The notes below the pieces were generated by a model. The model did not search any database. It was not told where the DNA came from and worked only from the letters and a program-made list of their open reading frames with translations. The translations under genes and the position numbers were made by a program. Shown in pieces: positions 59,034 through 64,000 of a stretch of DNA of 64,000 nt. The DNA is taken from the NCBI GenBank assembly GCA_964016885.1, contig OZ024750.1:48732001-48796000 (forward strand). The letters run 5' to 3'. Numbering within the stretch: position 1 is the first letter of the stretch; the number at the start of each line of letters is the position of its first letter. The stretch comes from Eledone cirrhosa. Its lineage: Eukaryota.

Positions 59034-62000
59034 ACCTTTCCTCTCCCATTCATCCTGCCAGCATCGCCATAAGAGTAGGAAGTTTAAATGTTCGTGGCCT
59101 GGGGTCGCCCTGGAAGCAAGGTCACTTGCTCAACGACCTCAGGTCACTAGGAATGGATGTAATTGCCATCAGCGAGACCAGAATTTCCGACACACGCGCA
59201 CTGGCGCCGATTTTCGACGATTATCAGATCTTTGCATCTGTTAGTCGGCCGGGAATGGGAGGTGGAGTGGCTGTGCTGTTTAGGAAATGTCTGGATCTCG
59301 AGGTAAGGTCAATCTTCCGGGATCCTGACGGAAAGTTGGTGGTCCTGGACGTGAGCAATAGCGAAGGTGGTGCCTTTAGACTGGTGGCCGTCTACGCCCC
59401 TACTGGGGCCGGTCGGCCGGACTTCTTTAGGCGCCTGGAAAACTTTCTGCTTACGTCTCGCCCTTTACTGTTAATAGGGGATTGGAATGGCATCTTAGAA
59501 GCACGCTGGGATTGTGTGGGAGTATCTGATAGGAGCGGGGGGTGCAAAAGCCTCAAGTACCTGATCAGCCAGTTTCAACTGTCTGACAGGTACCGACTAG
59601 ATTTCCCTAATGCGCCAGTATGGACCTGGACCAATCGCATAGGGTCATCTAGATCGTACATAGATAGGATTTTCATTAGGAAAAGAGATAGAAATAGTGT
59701 AGGATGTCCACATTTTAAAACGGTTGCCTATTCAGATCACAAGCTTGTGATCTGTATGGTCGACCTAGATAAGACACGTAGGTTAGGACCTAGCTACTGG
59801 AAGCTAAACATGTCGTTTCCGGCACGTAAAGCTTACAGGGACCGGGTCAACAACTTAGTTAAGCAAAAGTTGACAGGGGGGGTTGTCAACAACAGGTGGT
59901 GGGGGGCACTCAAAAGAGAGATTAGAGCAACCTCGATAGGATTTAGCAAAGAAGTAGCAATAGAGAAAAATAGAAAGGAGGAGGGGCTGATAGCTAAGTT
60001 AGACGAGGCTATTTGTAGTGGCATTGCAACAGACGTGCTAGCGGCGAGAATGGCACTAGACCATTTCTTCAATGCGAAACACGAAGGTTGCATTGTCAGA
60101 GCTAAGGCGCGTGCTCTGAGGAACGAGGGAAGCAAAGCTGCCCGATGGGCTCGCTTTGCAGAGACGCAGCGTGGAAATAAAACCACAATTCGGTCTTTGA
60201 CGGATCGAGATGGACACGAACTGAGCGATTCCAAGCAGATGTGTGAGGCCTTTCGCCAGCACTTTGCTCGATTGTTCGGGAGGATGGGTGAGTCGGAGAC
60301 GGCGGCGGACTTCAGTCCCTACCTCGACGGCTTGCCACGCCTCTCGACGGCCGACGCTGAGCGCTGCGAAGAGCCGATAACATCAGCCGAAATTCAGGAC
60401 GCCCTTGTCGGCTGCTCGAGTCGCAAGTCACCCGGTTTGGATGGTCTGCCCTACGAGCTTTACGTAAATATGCCAGACTTGTTCTCCGATCTCCTCGAAG
60501 CGCTCTACTGCAACTGGCAGCAGAACGGGAGCATTCCCAGTTCTGTGAGCCGTGGCGTAGTGACGCTGATAAGGAAAGACGAGAACAAGAGGGACACACT
60601 AGATAATTTCAGGCCCATAACCCTGCTCAACACAGAGTTTAAGATTTTGGCCAAGGTGTTAGCGAAAAGGTTGGCGCTTGTCGTCAAAGATTTGGTTGGG
60701 GAGGCGCAAACTTGCGCAATCCCGACCAGGTCCATACACGACAACCTCCACCTCATGCGATACATCATAGAGAGGGTTGGGTGCAAACCTGGCTTCGGTG
60801 GGGCTCTGATCAATTTAGATCAATCGAAAGCATTCGATAGGGTCGACCATCGGTACTTGGAGGCTGTCCTCGAGGCGGCTGGCTTCGGCCCCGTCTTCAG
60901 AAGCTGGATCGCTGCAATGTACAGCGGCATCCGCTCGGTGGTCAAAGTTAATGGCCACCTCTCGGAACCGTTTCAGATCTCTCGATCGGTCCGTCAAGGG
61001 TGCCCTCTCTCCTCACTTCTGTACGTATTGACTCTTGAGCCTCTACTGCGGAAGCTGGAGTTGTTGCAGGGCATCCCGCTCGAACCGGGACGTAGAAAGG
61101 CTGCGTCCGCTTATGCGGACGACATCACCGTGATGGTGTCGGACACCTCGGAAATCGAGGTGATCCGCACCCATTTGGAGGAATATGAAAGGTTGACGGG
61201 AGCAAAACTTAACCCGGAAAAGTCGGTGGGCTTGCAGCTCGGCACCTGGAGAGGCAAGTCCATGCCGTCCAACAGCGTCGTTGGGCGCTGGACAGACGGA
61301 CCGGTAAAGTTGCTCGGGGTTTGGTTCGGACCAGACCTCCAGGTGGATAAGAATTGGGACGAGGTGACGAGCAGGATAGCCAACCTCACCCAGAAATGGG
61401 CTGAGAGAAAGCTATCACTGAAAGGGCGGGCGGAGGTGGCGAACGCGTACATCGCGTCCGTCATCTACTACCGCCTGACCGTCGTGCCTTGCCCCCGTCC
61501 ACGCCTCGCCAATTTGGAACGGCTCCTTTTCAAATTTTTGTGGAGGGGACGGGTCCCGTTGGTGAGGCGGTCCATCTGCTGCCAGCACCCTCTTCGTGGA
61601 GGGCTGGGCATGCCGTGGCTAATGATGCGCAGACATGCGCTGAGGCTGCGACATCTCCAGATATTTTGCCTAAACGGTGAACAGGTGTGGTCGCCGTTTG
61701 TTAGACGGGCCTTTCCGCAGCTCATCTCTTTGACTGAGCTGCAGTCCTGGGTCAAGAAGAGACCGAGACTGGGCGACTGGCATCTGGAATGTTGCCAGGC
61801 GCTCACTGCACTCTGCAAGGTGGGCAATGCGGTCAGTGGAACTTCCACTCAAGATTTCTATAGAGGATTAGTGGAGGGCAAGTGCGATGACGTACTAGGA
61901 GAGGCTCTGGGCGTCAACGAAGTAGAACTGACCAGTATGTTCCGGAGGACTTTCGAGCCGGGGACGATGGATAACTTCCAGAAATCCCTCGCTTGGCAGT

Positions 62001-62482
62001 GCTACCGGGGGGCGCTGCCGGTTCGGGATAAACTCTACAGGCACGGAAGTGCTGTCAGACGAACCTGCCCGAGATGCGCGCAGAGCGACGAAACCGTTCT
62101 GCACGCACTCGTCCAGTGTCCGTGCATTGCTGACTTGTGGGGTTATGTCGAACAGCTATTGTCGCGTGTAGAACGGATCCGGCTATCGTCCGAGTCCATA
62201 GTGAAGATTGACCCGCCGCCTTCTTTTGGTCAGGAAGGGCAGGCAATTTTCCTCTGCCTGGTGGCAGTAGCGAAAGAGGTTGCATGGTGGACCAGGTTGA
62301 AAGGACTGAAGACAGACACTTTTCTCTTCGGCCAATCCCTCATCAACTTCTTCAAGTTTCACTTGGAAAGGAAGGTGAGGGTGGAGAGAGAAGTGCTGCC
62401 CCCCAGTACATTTACTGAAAGGTGGGTGAATGTGGCGAGAATGGCCCGCGTGAGTGGGCCTACTCTGATCATGCGCCTGTAG
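59030..62482 (+). CDS. LINE ORF2: APE endonuclease, reverse transcriptase and C-terminal Cys/His zinc finger
   Basis: SLNVRGL, ISET, VYAP, GDWN, IDRIF, SDHK (APE); SPGLDGL, FRPITLLN, LDQSKAFDRV, RQGCPLS, YADD (RT); CPRC..ETVLHALVQC. Frame is open from 59030. Confidence 0.95.
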   Translation, partial: VNLSSPIHPASIAIRVGSLNVRGLGSPWKQGHLLNDLRSLGMDVIAISETRISDTRALAPIFDDYQIFASVSRPGMGGGVAVLFRKCLDLEVRSIFRDPDGKLVVLDVSNSEGGAFRLVAVYAPTGAGRPDFFRRLENFLLTSRPLLLIGDWNGILEARWDCVGVSDRSGGCKSLKYLISQFQLSDRYRLDFPNAPVWTWTNRIGSSRSYIDRIFIRKRDRNSVGCPHFKTVAYSDHKLVICMVDLDKTRRLGPSYWKLNMSFPARKAYRDRVNNLVKQKLTGGVVNNRWWGALKREIRATSIGFSKEVAIEKNRKEEGLIAKLDEAICSGIATDVLAARMALDHFFNAKHEGCIVRAKARALRNEGSKAARWARFAETQRGNKTTIRSLTDRDGHELSDSKQMCEAFRQHFARLFGRMGESETAADFSPYLDGLPRLSTADAERCEEPITSAEIQDALVGCSSRKSPGLDGLPYELYVNMPDLFSDLLEALYCNWQQNGSIPSSVSRGVVTLIRKDENKRDTLDNFRPITLLNTEFKILAKVLAKRLALVVKDLVGEAQTCAIPTRSIHDNLHLMRYIIERVGCKPGFGGALINLDQSKAFDRVDHRYLEAVLEAAGFGPVFRSWIAAMYSGIRSVVKVNGHLSEPFQISRSVRQGCPLSSLLYVLTLEPLLRKLELLQGIPLEPGRRKAASAYADDITVMVSDTSEIEVIRTHLEEYERLTGAKLNPEKSVGLQLGTWRGKSMPSNSVVGRWTDGPVKLLGVWFGPDLQVDKNWDEVTSRIANLTQKWAERKLSLKGRAEVANAYIASVIYYRLTVVPCPRPRLANLERLLFKFLWRGRVPLVRRSICCQHPLRGGLGMPWLMMRRHALRLRHLQIFCLNGEQVWSPFVRRAFPQLISLTELQSWVKKRPRLGDWHLECCQALTALCKVGNAVSGTSTQDFYRGLVEGKCDDVLGEALGVNEVELTSMFRRTFEPGTMDNFQKSLAWQCYRGALPVRDKLYRHGSAVRRTCPRCAQSDETVLHALVQCPCIADLWGYVEQLLSRVERIRLSSESIVKIDPPPSFGQEGQAIFLCLVAVAKEVAWWTRLKGLKTDTFLFGQSLINFFKFHLERKVRVEREVLPPSTFTERWVNVARMARVSGPTLIMRL

Positions 62483-62754
62483 GCTGGTGAATTCGAGAAG
62501 GAGAGGGGTGCCCTTCCCGGGTGCCCTAGGAGCGTCGGGTGGCTCAGGACTGGTGGGGTGCTTGAGTCAACCCTGGGTGGTGATCCCTCTTATTGGGGAA
62601 CTTTCATTGTTGTATTTTTATTGTTATTTTGTTTTTTTGTTATTTATACTTACTCGATCTCTATGTAAACCCCCACTGTCCCTGTCTATTGTGTTGTCCC
62701 CTATATGTCGGCCCTTGTGGCCAATAAATGAAATCATTATTATTATTATTATTA

Positions 62755-64000
62755 CTGTTGCATTTATCTTGCTTTATGTTCATACGAGTTATCACCAAGT
62801 CACAACCAGTGACCTCAAGAGACAACAAGGTCCGCCATGTTCAAGAAAGAACATACATACTCACACATGCATCTTTGGTGTTTAGACTTGTGATGTACTT
62901 ATATTGGCTGAATCTTCCTTAGTATATGGGCAGTTCCAATTCGTACTATCTTTTGTATTTCTCCTATACGCGGGTTTCCTGGGATTTGCGATAACTAATC
63001 ATTAGACCCCTTAGATATTATTCCCAGAGCGCCTACAACCACTGGTATTGTTTTAGTTCTCAATTTCCACATTTTTCCAATTTCTATCTCCAGGTCCTTA
63101 TACTTGCTCAATTTTTCAAATGTTTGTATAAATACATTCTTGTCTATTGGAACGGACATATCAAATAGCAGGCATACCCTCTTTTTAAAGTCCTTCAATA
63201 TTATATCAGGTCTATTTGCATCTATTTTTCGGTCTGTTTCGATGCTAAAGTTCCACAAGATTGAGATGTGATATTTTTCAAGAATGGGATGTGGTTGATG
63301 CTCCCACCAATTCTTTTGATGGGGCAAGTCAAAATGTATCCAATGTATGTATTGTGCAGCTCTGTCATGCCTGTTCAGGTATTCGGTTGGAGCTATCGGA
63401 CTGCACATTGAAATTATATGGTCAATGGTCACTGGTTGTTTTTTGCATACACGGCATAATGGGCTGGATCCATTTTTTATTATGTTGGCTTGGTAATTTT
63501 TTGTTGGCAGACACTGATCTTGTGCTGATATAATCAGTCCTTCAGTCTCCGATTTCAGTCCAGAGGATGCCAACCACTGATGGATTAAAGTTTTGTCAAC
63601 ATCATGATTGTTAGCTCATTCTGGATATTTTCCATACAGAGGCTTTTCTTGCCATTTCTTAGCCAGTTTCTGTAGCAGTTCTTTCTTTGCAGTTACTTTT
63701 ACCTGCTTTGCTTTTTCTGTGTTTTCCATTTCAGCAGTAAATGGGACTTCTGAAATTTGTAGTCCATTACTGTATCTTTGTGCATCTTTTGTAATGGAAT
63801 ATGATCTGTTGATGCTTACGTGTTTCAAAACGAGTTTGATCACCCAATCATGTGATTCCTTTAGATATGTAGATAATCCAATTGTTGCAGTTTTCAACGC
63901 AATGTCTAACTGGATTAACCCACGTCCTCCTTCTTTCCTAGGGAGATATATTCTATCTATATCTGCCTGAGGGTGATGCATTCTGTGCATGGTTAAGAAT
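62755..64000 (-). mobile_element. 3' part of an R4/Dong-type RLE LINE, slightly decayed and running off the window end
   Basis: RIYLPRKEGGRGL; ETEGLIISAQDQ; CRVC..TIDHIISMC; YLNRHD; NRPDII..DMSVP..EKLSKY..PVVVGALG..GTAHILRK. Ends in (TAA)n. Confidence 0.85.

Larger units (their letters stand above)
57121..62754 (+). mobile_element. Apparently full-length, young L1/Tx1-clade LINE
   Basis: ORF1 with a CCHC knuckle, uninterrupted ORF2, T-rich 3' UTR, aataaa at about 62723 and an (ATT)n tail. Visibly more GC-rich than the flanks. Confidence 0.9.

Noticed and set aside
57589-62285. Minus-strand ORFs within the Tx1-type LINE
   Set aside because: Antisense shadows of a GC-richer coding region, with no recognisable motifs.

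Overview
AT-rich, microsatellite-dense animal genomic DNA. The tRNA-derived SINE copies resemble octopod cephalopod SINEs (inference from recognition, not a database hit). I found no confident host protein-coding gene, and most ORF-track entries are translations of (TA)n/(CA)n/(GA)n repeats. The window is dominated by Penelope-like retroelements (PLEs): Naiad-type GIY-YIG fragments, a decayed near-full-length Neptune-like copy, and about 20 fold-back (inverted-repeat) derivatives of 0.1-5 kb sitting in (TA)n tracts. Many arms carry type I hammerhead ribozyme (HHR) motifs with palindromic stem III. Three unrelated families clearly, and a fourth ambiguously, use a compensated U3-A8 core (TTGANAA) instead of C3-G8. 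One copy is a spacer-less palindrome of about 4.1 kb. Also present: a young L1/Tx1-type LINE with an intact ORF2, the 3' end of an R4/Dong-type RLE LINE, decayed RTE-type LINEs, a Helitron helicase remnant and a hAT-like transposase remnant. All coordinates were read by eye and element edges are approximate.
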